Below are positions 9,645 through 18,076 of a stretch of DNA of 52,962 bases, in pieces. Position numbers and translations under genes: made by a program. Numbering within the stretch: the stretch's first letter is position 1; each line of letters opens with the position of its first letter. The DNA is from an uncultured Bacilli bacterium (lineage in GTDB: Bacteria > Bacillota_I > Bacilli_A > RF39 > UBA660): the NCBI GenBank assembly GCA_944372055.1, contig CALVYF010000006.1, positions 1-52,962 on the forward strand, in the 5' to 3' direction. The notes beneath the pieces were generated by a model, which was given only the letters and a program-made list of their open reading frames with translations, did no database searches and was not told the DNA's origin.

Positions 9645-11678
9645 TTATCCAGTGGGATCTTCTACATCAGTAGGTGGAGTGGGTTCAGGTTCTGGCTCAG
9701 GTTCTGGTTCAGGTTCAGGTTCAGGTTCTGGTTCTTCAGGGTCTTTTATGCAAATTCCCTTAGAACTATCCCATGTATAACCATCTTGGCATTCTTTAGG
9801 AAGAGTTGTATTGCTATCTTCTTCCTCACTGTCGTCTTGACTTGCTTGACTACCACCTAAAGTCAATGTCACACTTCCACGAATTTTGTCGATTCTTTTG
9901 CCAGCAGGATACTCCTGATTGATAACATAACCGTTACCACCAACAAAAGTAACACTGATACCTAAACGGCTAGCAGTAGCTCTAGCTTGTGCCTCACTAT
10001 CACCAGTAAAATCAGGAAGTAGAGTATAAGCACTACCAGACTTATAAGGACCATATCCAATAACTTCTTTTTCATATGGTTCATTGATAGAGAAACTAAA
10101 TTCTTTAATTACTTTATGTTCTACCAAACCAAGATTTTCTTTCATTGCTCTAACAACATCTTTTTTACTTTGTTCATTAGGTACATAATTATATAAAACC
10201 ATTCTCATACGTTCATCATAAATCATTTGACCTTGACCTTGTAAATATAATTGCTGAATATTAATTAAATTAGAGGCTTCTTTAGAAGCACTACGCTTAA
10301 TAATATCTTTACCTACATTATAGAAAGATAAGATTTGCTTTGTTGTTAAATTAGTATCTAAACTATTTGAAATGGTATCTAAAATATCCATAAAACTAGA
10401 TACTTTAGTAATATTTTTCATTTTATCAAGTAATGCCATAACAATTTCTTGTTGATGTAGACCACGTCCAAAGTCTCCATTGACTAGCTGTTTTCTATTT
10501 CTTGCATAAACTAAAGCCTGTTCTCCGTTTAATGTTTGTAATCCGGGCTCAATACATACTTGGCTACCTCTAGATGAATCATCAGTACATAATGTTTGAG
10601 AAGCATCTACATTAACTTCAACTCCACCAACAGCATCAACCAATTTAACTAACCCTTTAAAGTTAATCTTAGCATAATAATCAATATTAATACCAAAATA
10701 GTTTTCAATAGTTTGCATCATACAATCAGTACCGTATCCAGCAGCATGAGTAATTTTATTTTCTGCCTTATCACTCCAGCAAGCAATTGGTACATAACTA
10801 TCACGTGGAATAGAAATCATAGTAGCATTTAATGTTTTAGGATTAAATGTAATTAATATTAAAGTGTCTCCATTAGCAATTGCATTTTTTTCTAGTACTT
10901 CATCAGTAGAATCAATTCCCATAAGTAACATAGTAAATGGTTCGGTAATAGATTTACCACTAGAGCTCAACTCTTCATCAGAAGTATCAGATTTCTTCAT
11001 TTTTTTATCTTTAGAAAGAATAATTTTTGTATCCGTTCCTACATCTTCATAACCAGTAACATTAGAAAACATATCTACATAGTTATCAGTGATAAAAATT
11101 GCATCAACATCTCCAGCATATAAGTCCACTAACATAGTAGAATAATCATCATATTTCTTGATTTCATTATCATCTTCTAATTTATTTTCTTTAATCATCT
11201 CCTGTGGAATAATATAGCCATCAGGAGAATCTTTATCATTTAAAATTCCAATAGTATAATCTTTAATATCATCAATTTTATTAGCTTCATTATCACTCAT
11301 AACAACAAGATCAGAAGTATAAGTAACATATTTTTTATTTAAACTGCTTAATTGCCCATAAGCATAGGCAATAACAAGACCAACAGCAAAACAAATAAGG
11401 GAATAAAGTAACATAAAACTTATTAATCCAATACGTTTACTTCGCTTTTTCTTTCTCTTTTTAGAAGCGATACGAACTTTAAGAAATAATATCAAATCGA
11501 TAAATATTAAGACTCCAATAACAATATATCGTATTAAAGTTTCAATAGAACTAAGTAAAAATATTTCATAAATAGCAAATCCACTACACGCAAGTGCTAT
11601 TATCAGAAATATAGATAACACAATTTTAATTTTTGATTTTTTTTCTCTCGTTTCATTTTCTAACTCATGTTTAGCCAT
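9645..11678 (-). CDS. LCP (LytR-CpsA-Psr) family wall-polymer ligase with CpsA-like accessory domain, PASTA-like domain and Pro/Glu tail
   Basis: 3 TMs; LLMGID...DTLIL...SIPRDSY...KITHA...INFKG...ALVYARNR...GDFGRG; C-terminal LPDFTG...V..QEYPAG; RBS GGAGG. Confidence 0.93.
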   Translation of the reverse strand: MAKHELENETREKKSKIKIVLSIFLIIALACSGFAIYEIFLLSSIETLIRYIVIGVLIFIDLILFLKVRIASKKRKKKRSKRIGLISFMLLYSLICFAVGLVIAYAYGQLSSLNKKYVTYTSDLVVMSDNEANKIDDIKDYTIGILNDKDSPDGYIIPQEMIKENKLEDDNEIKKYDDYSTMLVDLYAGDVDAIFITDNYVDMFSNVTGYEDVGTDTKIILSKDKKMKKSDTSDEELSSSGKSITEPFTMLLMGIDSTDEVLEKNAIANGDTLILITFNPKTLNATMISIPRDSYVPIACWSDKAENKITHAAGYGTDCMMQTIENYFGINIDYYAKINFKGLVKLVDAVGGVEVNVDASQTLCTDDSSRGSQVCIEPGLQTLNGEQALVYARNRKQLVNGDFGRGLHQQEIVMALLDKMKNITKVSSFMDILDTISNSLDTNLTTKQILSFYNVGKDIIKRSASKEASNLINIQQLYLQGQGQMIYDERMRMVLYNYVPNEQSKKDVVRAMKENLGLVEHKVIKEFSFSINEPYEKEVIGYGPYKSGSAYTLLPDFTGDSEAQARATASRLGISVTFVGGNGYVINQEYPAGKRIDKIRGSVTLTLGGSQASQDDSEEEDSNTTLPKECQDGYTWDSSKGICIKDPEEPEPEPEPEPEPEPEPEPTPPTDVEDPTG
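9681..9740 (-). repeat. Hexanucleotide (GAACCN) repeat encoding a (EP)n linker in the LCP C-terminus
   Basis: Plus-strand GGTTC(A/T) repeats; protein PEEPEPEPEPEPEPEPEPEP. Confidence 0.9.
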
Positions 11679-11716
11679 AATTACCTCCCAAGAAATCTTA
11701 TCATCTAGCTTTTACT

Positions 11717-11745
11717 ATTATACCTAAATTTAACTATTTTATCAA
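11717..11745 (-). promoter_or_regulatory. SigA-type promoter for the LCP gene
   Basis: Minus strand TTGATA (11745-11740), 17 nt, TATAAT (11722-11717). Confidence 0.7.
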
Positions 11746-11881
11746 CCCAGTAGAAAGGAATTCAATAATAAAAAAAATAGATTGTAAAATAATGTAAAAA
11801 CTAGTCGAAAAAAGTAGTTTTATGAAAAAAGTATTACCTAGATATTGTATAATATAATTGAGAAACTATAAGGAGGGGAAT

Positions 11882-14800
11882 ATGAAAAAGAAACTTTTAC
11901 TTTTAAGTCTAATTGTTTTAGGAATCATACTTTATCCAAAAGAGACATATGCATTCTCCTCTGAAGATTATAAAAATAAATCTTTATGTGGTACTTATGA
12001 AGTGGCAGGAATGCATGCTGACGGAGTAATTGATCCTGTTGCTTGCTTTAGTGGATTTGAAGATGCTCAAGCCTGGATGAGAAATAATGGAGCAGAAGAC
12101 TTAGTAATCTTTCATAGATTGAATGGGAAAACGGTAATATTAGATGCGAATATGGCTTTAGTAGATTTATCTGTTCATTCTGGAACATTAAATTTTTATA
12201 CAACGAAAGAAACTGCAGATGCTTATACTTACATGAATAATGAATCTACTTATGGTGGAACTGATGGAGCATTTATTGAAGCAGCATATTCAAATCTACG
12301 TCAAATATTTATGGCAAAGGTAAAAATTGCTAACTTCACAGGATGGGTTGCAGTAGATAATTATGAGATTGTTCCAATCACCTGGGTAAAGTCATCTAGC
12401 AGTTATACAGTAACCGAGGAAAGTATTCGTCACAACTATGTAACCAAAGTCCAAAACTCTTATAACGGAAATTCTGGCAATACAATAGGGCCAAAACCAG
12501 ACATGTTATCAACTGGTACTTATTACAGTTATGATGGGCATTTTTTCTATAAAGATAGAAAGACAATGTTAAAAGACTATAAGAATAATACGCACAATAA
12601 TGCTGTAAATAAAAATGATGAGTATTATAACTATTATATGTACTTATCAAATCATACAAGAACAAACTATTCTAGTCAAAATATAGATGAATATATTAGA
12701 AATAACATGGGCTATTATAGAGAAGTATTTGGAAATGCTGCATCTTCTGGAGCATCACGTCTATATGGAAAAGGACAATTTTTCTATTATGCACAAGAAA
12801 AACATGGAGTAAATGCTGTTTTATCTCTAAGCTTAAGTAGAAATGAAACAAGAAATGGAACAAGTAATTTATCCATTAACAAAAATAATGGATTTGGATT
12901 AGATGCAGTCGATAGTAGTCCAACAAACAGTGCAGATTGGTATGCTACATTTACAGAAAGTATCTTAGAATATGCCTCTCATTGGATTACCCAACGTTAT
13001 GCAGATGTTACACAATGGCACTACTTTGGTCCACAATTTGGAAACAAAGGTATTGGTATGAATGTAAAATATGCATCAGACCCATACTGGAGCGAAAAGA
13101 TGGCTGCAAATTATTATTCTCTAGATAAATCCAAAGGTTTACAAGATTACAATTACTACCAATTAGGAGTATTAAAACAAGGAGCTGTTATTGCTAGAAG
13201 TGATGCTAAAAATTCTGCGAAAGAAGTATATAAATTTCCAGAAGCAGAAGATGCAGTTGTCATTGTAGGTGAAAAAGAGGGAGATGTCGTAAATGGTGAT
13301 GCTACTTGGTATGAATTAGTAAGCGACTTAAACTTAGATGATAATTACAATGAACAAGCTGATGGAAAAGATTATAATTGGAATAAAACTGTGTATGTTC
13401 CTGCAACATATATTAAAAAGATAAATAAAGGTAAAAATGGTTATATTTCTCCAAATTCTGTAACTAAGTATCAAGATAGTGAATATGAATACGATTTATA
13501 TGTCGAAGATACTACTTTGAAACCAAAAGTTGCAAAAAGTGTAAAAGAAACAAGTTTTTATTATGATTCAGCATTAACAACAAAAAAAGATCAAAAACTA
13601 GTAAATAACCGTTATGTAATGGTTTATAGTGCAGCTTATGATAAAAATGGAGTAGCTGTATCTTACTTAGTAACATCAGATTATTGGCATGATCAAAAAG
13701 AATGGGTACCAGCGAATAGTATTACTTTTGTAACCAGTGATTATGGTAAATTCTCTGTAACGGCATCAGGTAACCAATATACCTGGGTAAATAGTAATAC
13801 ACAAGATATAGAAGCAACAAAGATTAGTGGACAATATCATAATTCATATGCTCCAATATTAGAAGAAAAAGTAGTAGATGGACAAACTTGGTATAGAGTA
13901 CCAGTAGATATCTCTGGAACAACAAATGAATTTGGTTGGACATTAGCTAGTGCACCAAATGTTTATGTAGAAAAGAGAAATGCCAAAGCGGAAAACACAG
14001 CACCAATCATTACTGCTAGCAACAAAACTATAGTACAAGGAACAAAATTTGATTATAAAGCTGGTGTAACTGCTACAGATAATGAAGATGGACCACTAAC
14101 AGACAAAATAGAAGTTGTAGAAGAAACAGTAAAAATAGATGTGGTTGGTTCTTATCAAGTAACTTATAAAGTAACAGATAAGAATAATGCAACAACAACG
14201 AAAACAATTACTGTAACAGTAACAGAAAATCAAAAACCAGTAATTAACGCAGAAGATAAAGAAGTAATTCAATATAGAGAACTAGATGAGTTAGATGGTG
14301 TAAGTGCAACAGATCCTGAAGATGGAAAAGTTGAAGTAAAGGTAAAAGAATCAACGGTTAAATTAGAGGAGCCAGGTACTTATGAAATTACTTATGAAGC
14401 AACAGACTCTTATAAACAGACAACAACAAAAACAATTAAAGTAACAGTAATCAAAGACGAAGCTCCAGTAATTAATGCAGAAGATAAAACAATTACTCAA
14501 GGAACGAAATTTAAACCATTAGAAGGAGTAACTGCAACAGATAAAGAAGAAGGAGAAATCAAAGACATTGAGGTAATTAAAAATGATGTCAATGAAAAAG
14601 TAATCGATACCTATGAAGTTACATATAAAGCTGTAGATAGTTACAAAAATGAAACGACAAAAACAATTAAAGTAACAGTAGTAGAAAACCAAAAACCAGT
14701 AATTAACGCAGAAGATAAAACAATCTATCTAAATGAAGAATTTGATCCATTAGAAGGAGTAACCGCAGAAGATCCTGAAGATGGTAAAATTAAAGAGATT

Positions 14801-15856
14801 GAAGTAGTAGAAAATAATGTTAAGACAGATGAAGTAGGAGAATATACTGTAATTTATAAGGTAGAAGACTCTTTCGGAAATGTTGTTGAAAAAGAAATCA
14901 CAGTTACTGTAGAAGAAAAGAAATTAGAGGAAAAAGATGGAACTTTCTATTTTGAATATTTAAAGAAAGTAAATGGAAAGTTGCAGATAAAAGGATACAA
15001 CGCTATAAAAGGTATTGATCATACTTTAGATACAGATATTTCATTCTATATAGTTTTTCAAGACTTAAAGACAGGAAAAGAGTATACACAAGAATTAACA
15101 AGAATCACTGATAAAGAAGAAATAACAAGACCTGTATATAGTACAGATGGTAAAGACTATACATATTCATGGTTTAAAGGAAACTTAGATATTGATAGCT
15201 TACCAGACGGAGATTATAATTTATACATAGTAACAGAAAGCAAAGATTACTATGCTAAATCAAAAGTAAATAATAAAGTATTAAAAGAGCAAGTAGCAGA
15301 ATATACTAGTGAAAAAACAGTAACAACAAGAAATGATTATAGAGATGTTGAGATGCCTTTACAATTTGTAATTAGAACAGAAAAAATAGCAGAAAAAACT
15401 GCAGACAGTTTATATAATCAATATACACAATATCGTACGTTCGCTATTGAAAATAACAAATTACATATAAAAGGTACTGCATATTCTATGGGAATGAATT
15501 TATCAACCAGTCAAAAAGTAACAAGAGAAATTATTTTTGAAAATCAAGATAATTATAAAACTTATAGTTATGATTTAGGAAGTATAACAAACGGTCTTTA
15601 TGAAGTAGGATCAGCTCTAAATGATGGATTAGATAAGACAAGAGCATGGTTTGATAAGACAATAGATATTAGTAATATTCCTACAGGAACATATACAATT
15701 TATATTGCAACTCAAAGTAATGTAAATGACTATAGTGAACTAACAGAGTTACTTTCTAGAAATCTAGATGATGTAATATTAGAAATCAACGGAAAAACTT
15801 ATAGTTTTACAATTGATACCAATGAAAGATTTAGAATTGAAATGAATGTAGAATAA
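11882..15856 (+). CDS. Secreted GH73-type endo-beta-N-acetylglucosaminidase (LytB/LytD-like) with four Ig-like (DUF5011-type) repeats
   Basis: Start ATG 11882 after AAGGAGGGG; signal peptide; GVNA...RNET..GTS...KNNGFGLDAVDS...GMNVKYASDPYWSEK; four ~77-aa P.I.AEDK...GVTATD.EDG...Y.VTY...D repeats. Confidence 0.88.
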   Translation: MKKKLLLLSLIVLGIILYPKETYAFSSEDYKNKSLCGTYEVAGMHADGVIDPVACFSGFEDAQAWMRNNGAEDLVIFHRLNGKTVILDANMALVDLSVHSGTLNFYTTKETADAYTYMNNESTYGGTDGAFIEAAYSNLRQIFMAKVKIANFTGWVAVDNYEIVPITWVKSSSSYTVTEESIRHNYVTKVQNSYNGNSGNTIGPKPDMLSTGTYYSYDGHFFYKDRKTMLKDYKNNTHNNAVNKNDEYYNYYMYLSNHTRTNYSSQNIDEYIRNNMGYYREVFGNAASSGASRLYGKGQFFYYAQEKHGVNAVLSLSLSRNETRNGTSNLSINKNNGFGLDAVDSSPTNSADWYATFTESILEYASHWITQRYADVTQWHYFGPQFGNKGIGMNVKYASDPYWSEKMAANYYSLDKSKGLQDYNYYQLGVLKQGAVIARSDAKNSAKEVYKFPEAEDAVVIVGEKEGDVVNGDATWYELVSDLNLDDNYNEQADGKDYNWNKTVYVPATYIKKINKGKNGYISPNSVTKYQDSEYEYDLYVEDTTLKPKVAKSVKETSFYYDSALTTKKDQKLVNNRYVMVYSAAYDKNGVAVSYLVTSDYWHDQKEWVPANSITFVTSDYGKFSVTASGNQYTWVNSNTQDIEATKISGQYHNSYAPILEEKVVDGQTWYRVPVDISGTTNEFGWTLASAPNVYVEKRNAKAENTAPIITASNKTIVQGTKFDYKAGVTATDNEDGPLTDKIEVVEETVKIDVVGSYQVTYKVTDKNNATTTKTITVTVTENQKPVINAEDKEVIQYRELDELDGVSATDPEDGKVEVKVKESTVKLEEPGTYEITYEATDSYKQTTTKTIKVTVIKDEAPVINAEDKTITQGTKFKPLEGVTATDKEEGEIKDIEVIKNDVNEKVIDTYEVTYKAVDSYKNETTKTIKVTVVENQKPVINAEDKTIYLNEEFDPLEGVTAEDPEDGKIKEIEVVENNVKTDEVGEYTVIYKVEDSFGNVVEKEITVTVEEKKLEEKDGTFYFEYLKKVNGKLQIKGYNAIKGIDHTLDTDISFYIVFQDLKTGKEYTQELTRITDKEEITRPVYSTDGKDYTYSWFKGNLDIDSLPDGDYNLYIVTESKDYYAKSKVNNKVLKEQVAEYTSEKTVTTRNDYRDVEMPLQFVIRTEKIAEKTADSLYNQYTQYRTFAIENNKLHIKGTAYSMGMNLSTSQKVTREIIFENQDNYKTYSYDLGSITNGLYEVGSALNDGLDKTRAWFDKTIDISNIPTGTYTIYIATQSNVNDYSELTELLSRNLDDVILEINGKTYSFTIDTNERFRIEMNVE
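13994..14915 (+). repeat. Four tandem ~230-nt repeats encoding Ig-like domains
   Basis: Recurrent CCAGTAATTAA(C/T)GCAGAAGATAAA and AAAACAATTAAAGTAACAGTA blocks; matching protein repeats. Confidence 0.85.
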
Positions 15857-15926
15857 AGCCTCAAATGAGGCTTTCTACATACTAGTTTGAGACAAAAAAA
15901 GCAATCCAAAACGGATTGTTTTTTTA
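15856..15926. terminator. Back-to-back terminators between convergent genes
   Basis: AAGCCTCA-aa-TGAGGCTTT and AAAAAAGCAATCC-aaaac-GGATTGTTTTTT. Confidence 0.7.
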
Positions 15927-17945
15927 ACCTTTATTAATCTTTAAAACATAAGTATCACAATGATTTAATTCATGTCCATCAATATCATCACTATTAACAA
16001 CTAATCCAATACCAGGACCATTAGATACATAACTACAACTAAAATGAACACTAGAATACTTATTTTTTATATTATTACATGTAGTATTAGGATCATTAGA
16101 AATCAAATCTGGATAAATCCATACTGTAGTTGTAATACTTTTATCGCAAGTTGGAGTAGGAGCAGGAGTAGGGTTGCTACTACCGCCAGATGAACTAGAA
16201 TTTGAACTTCCTGAACTGGAACTTCCAGAAGAGCTAGAATGACTAGAACTGCTGTTATCTTCGCGATATTCTGTCTGTTTTCCACTACTTATTGTAATAG
16301 TAATAGTAGTGCCACTACTAACTTTACTACCAGCACTAATAGATTGTTTAATAACAGTATTTTTTGATTTAGAACTACTTTGTGTTACAAAGTTATAATT
16401 AAGTCCAGCCTCTTCCAATGCTTCTGTAGCCTCTTTTTTACTCATACCAACGACATCAGGAACCTTACATTCTTTTCCATCTGAAATAGTAATAATAATG
16501 CTATCGCCATTCTTTATAGTGTCGCCTTTTTTATGAGAGTAAGAAATAACTTCTCCCTGAGGAACATCTTCACTGAATTCATGCTTTTCTTCATAAGCAA
16601 TACCATACTTATCGGCCCATGCTTTAAATTCATCTAAAGACTTAAATTTTTCCATCACTAATTTACCCTTAGAAATAACAACTTTAACAGTAGAGCCTTG
16701 TTCTATTTTATCACCTTTATCATAATTAGCAGAAATAACACAATTTTCTTTTATAGAATCATCATATTGGTTAGTAAACTCTAACTTTAATTTATTTTCT
16801 ATTACCCAGTTTGTAATTTCAACCATGCTCATATCTTTTAGATTAGGTACTTTAATACTTTTTCCTTTACTAATTGTAACAACAACTTTATCTTCATCAC
16901 TATTAACTTTTACCATAGTATTAGGTTGAATACTTTGATTAGAAACATTTCCACGTTCAATTTTATTAGAAAAATCTTTTTTGATTTCATATTTAATTTG
17001 ATGTTGTTTTAAATATAAAGTAGCAGCAAATTCACTCATATCAGTTAAATCAACAAGTTTAACATCACTAGTATCTGCTTCTTCTCCTAAAGAAAAAGTA
17101 AGTTCTAGTTTTTCACTTCGCCTCATAGAACCAGAATCACTTTGTTCAATTACAGTATCTTGTGGACTAATAGATTCTCTAAAGCTAACCTCTACATTAT
17201 TCAAATAATTATCTTCAACATAATTAATAACTCTCTCGGTATCCCAACCATTCATCTCTGGAACAATAATTTCTTTATCAGGATTAGGACCTTCACTAAC
17301 AGAGACAGTTAATTCATTGATGTCTTTTACTTTTGTACCTTGTTCCATATCTTGTGAAATAATGCTGTAGGCTGGAACCATATCGCTATACTCATAATCT
17401 TGATTTAATGTAATATCATTCTTTTCTGCCCAGCGAACAACTTCCGTTAAGCTTTTTCCCTGAAAATCAGCAACTTGTCCGATAGAAGGAACACTAACAA
17501 TCCCCAATGTAGTAAGCCCTCCAAATAAATTAAATAGTAATAAGAAAAAACTTCCCAAAAAGATAGTCCCTTTCTTACGATTAGGATTCGTAACACAAAT
17601 TGCTATAAACAAAATAGAAAATATTACTAAAAGAACACTATTGATTAAAGAACGAAAGAAATTAACACTATTTGATCCCGTCCATAGAGTAATACCAAAA
17701 TAAGCTAGGCTACTAACAAGAGTTAGAAATAAGAAAAAGTTAACAATAGGATGCTTCTTTTTCTTTTGAGACTCTCCCTTTTCTAAGGTAGAATTGTGAT
17801 TAATTTCCCTAGTAATTTCTTTTGCTACAGTATCTCTATTATCTTTTACATAGTCACGTTTTCTACTTTGATTGTGATTATGACTATGATTATAATTATT
17901 ATTTCGATAATTATTTTTATTATAATTATTTTTCTTCTGTGCCAT
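15924..17945 (-). CDS. Membrane protein with multiple PASTA domains and no kinase or transpeptidase domain
   Basis: N/H-rich N-terminus, 3 TMs, about six repeats of V(P/A)D..G.S.....S..V..G.VI.Q....G..V......SxG, Ser-rich linker, Cys-containing C-terminal domain; RBS GAGGTGA. Confidence 0.88.
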   Translation of the reverse strand: MAQKKNNYNKNNYRNNNYNHSHNHNQSRKRDYVKDNRDTVAKEITREINHNSTLEKGESQKKKKHPIVNFFLFLTLVSSLAYFGITLWTGSNSVNFFRSLINSVLLVIFSILFIAICVTNPNRKKGTIFLGSFFLLLFNLFGGLTTLGIVSVPSIGQVADFQGKSLTEVVRWAEKNDITLNQDYEYSDMVPAYSIISQDMEQGTKVKDINELTVSVSEGPNPDKEIIVPEMNGWDTERVINYVEDNYLNNVEVSFRESISPQDTVIEQSDSGSMRRSEKLELTFSLGEEADTSDVKLVDLTDMSEFAATLYLKQHQIKYEIKKDFSNKIERGNVSNQSIQPNTMVKVNSDEDKVVVTISKGKSIKVPNLKDMSMVEITNWVIENKLKLEFTNQYDDSIKENCVISANYDKGDKIEQGSTVKVVISKGKLVMEKFKSLDEFKAWADKYGIAYEEKHEFSEDVPQGEVISYSHKKGDTIKNGDSIIITISDGKECKVPDVVGMSKKEATEALEEAGLNYNFVTQSSSKSKNTVIKQSISAGSKVSSGTTITITISSGKQTEYREDNSSSSHSSSSGSSSSGSSNSSSSGGSSNPTPAPTPTCDKSITTTVWIYPDLISNDPNTTCNNIKNKYSSVHFSCSYVSNGPGIGLVVNSDDIDGHELNHCDTYVLKINKG

Positions 17946-18076
17946 TATATCACCTCATTATCTTATATATACATTATATAATATCAAAAAAGAAATAGAA
18001 ACAAATTACAAAAACTAGACTGTAAAGTATACAAAAAAAGTAGAGTATGATAAAATAAAAAAGGAAAGGTGAAAAT

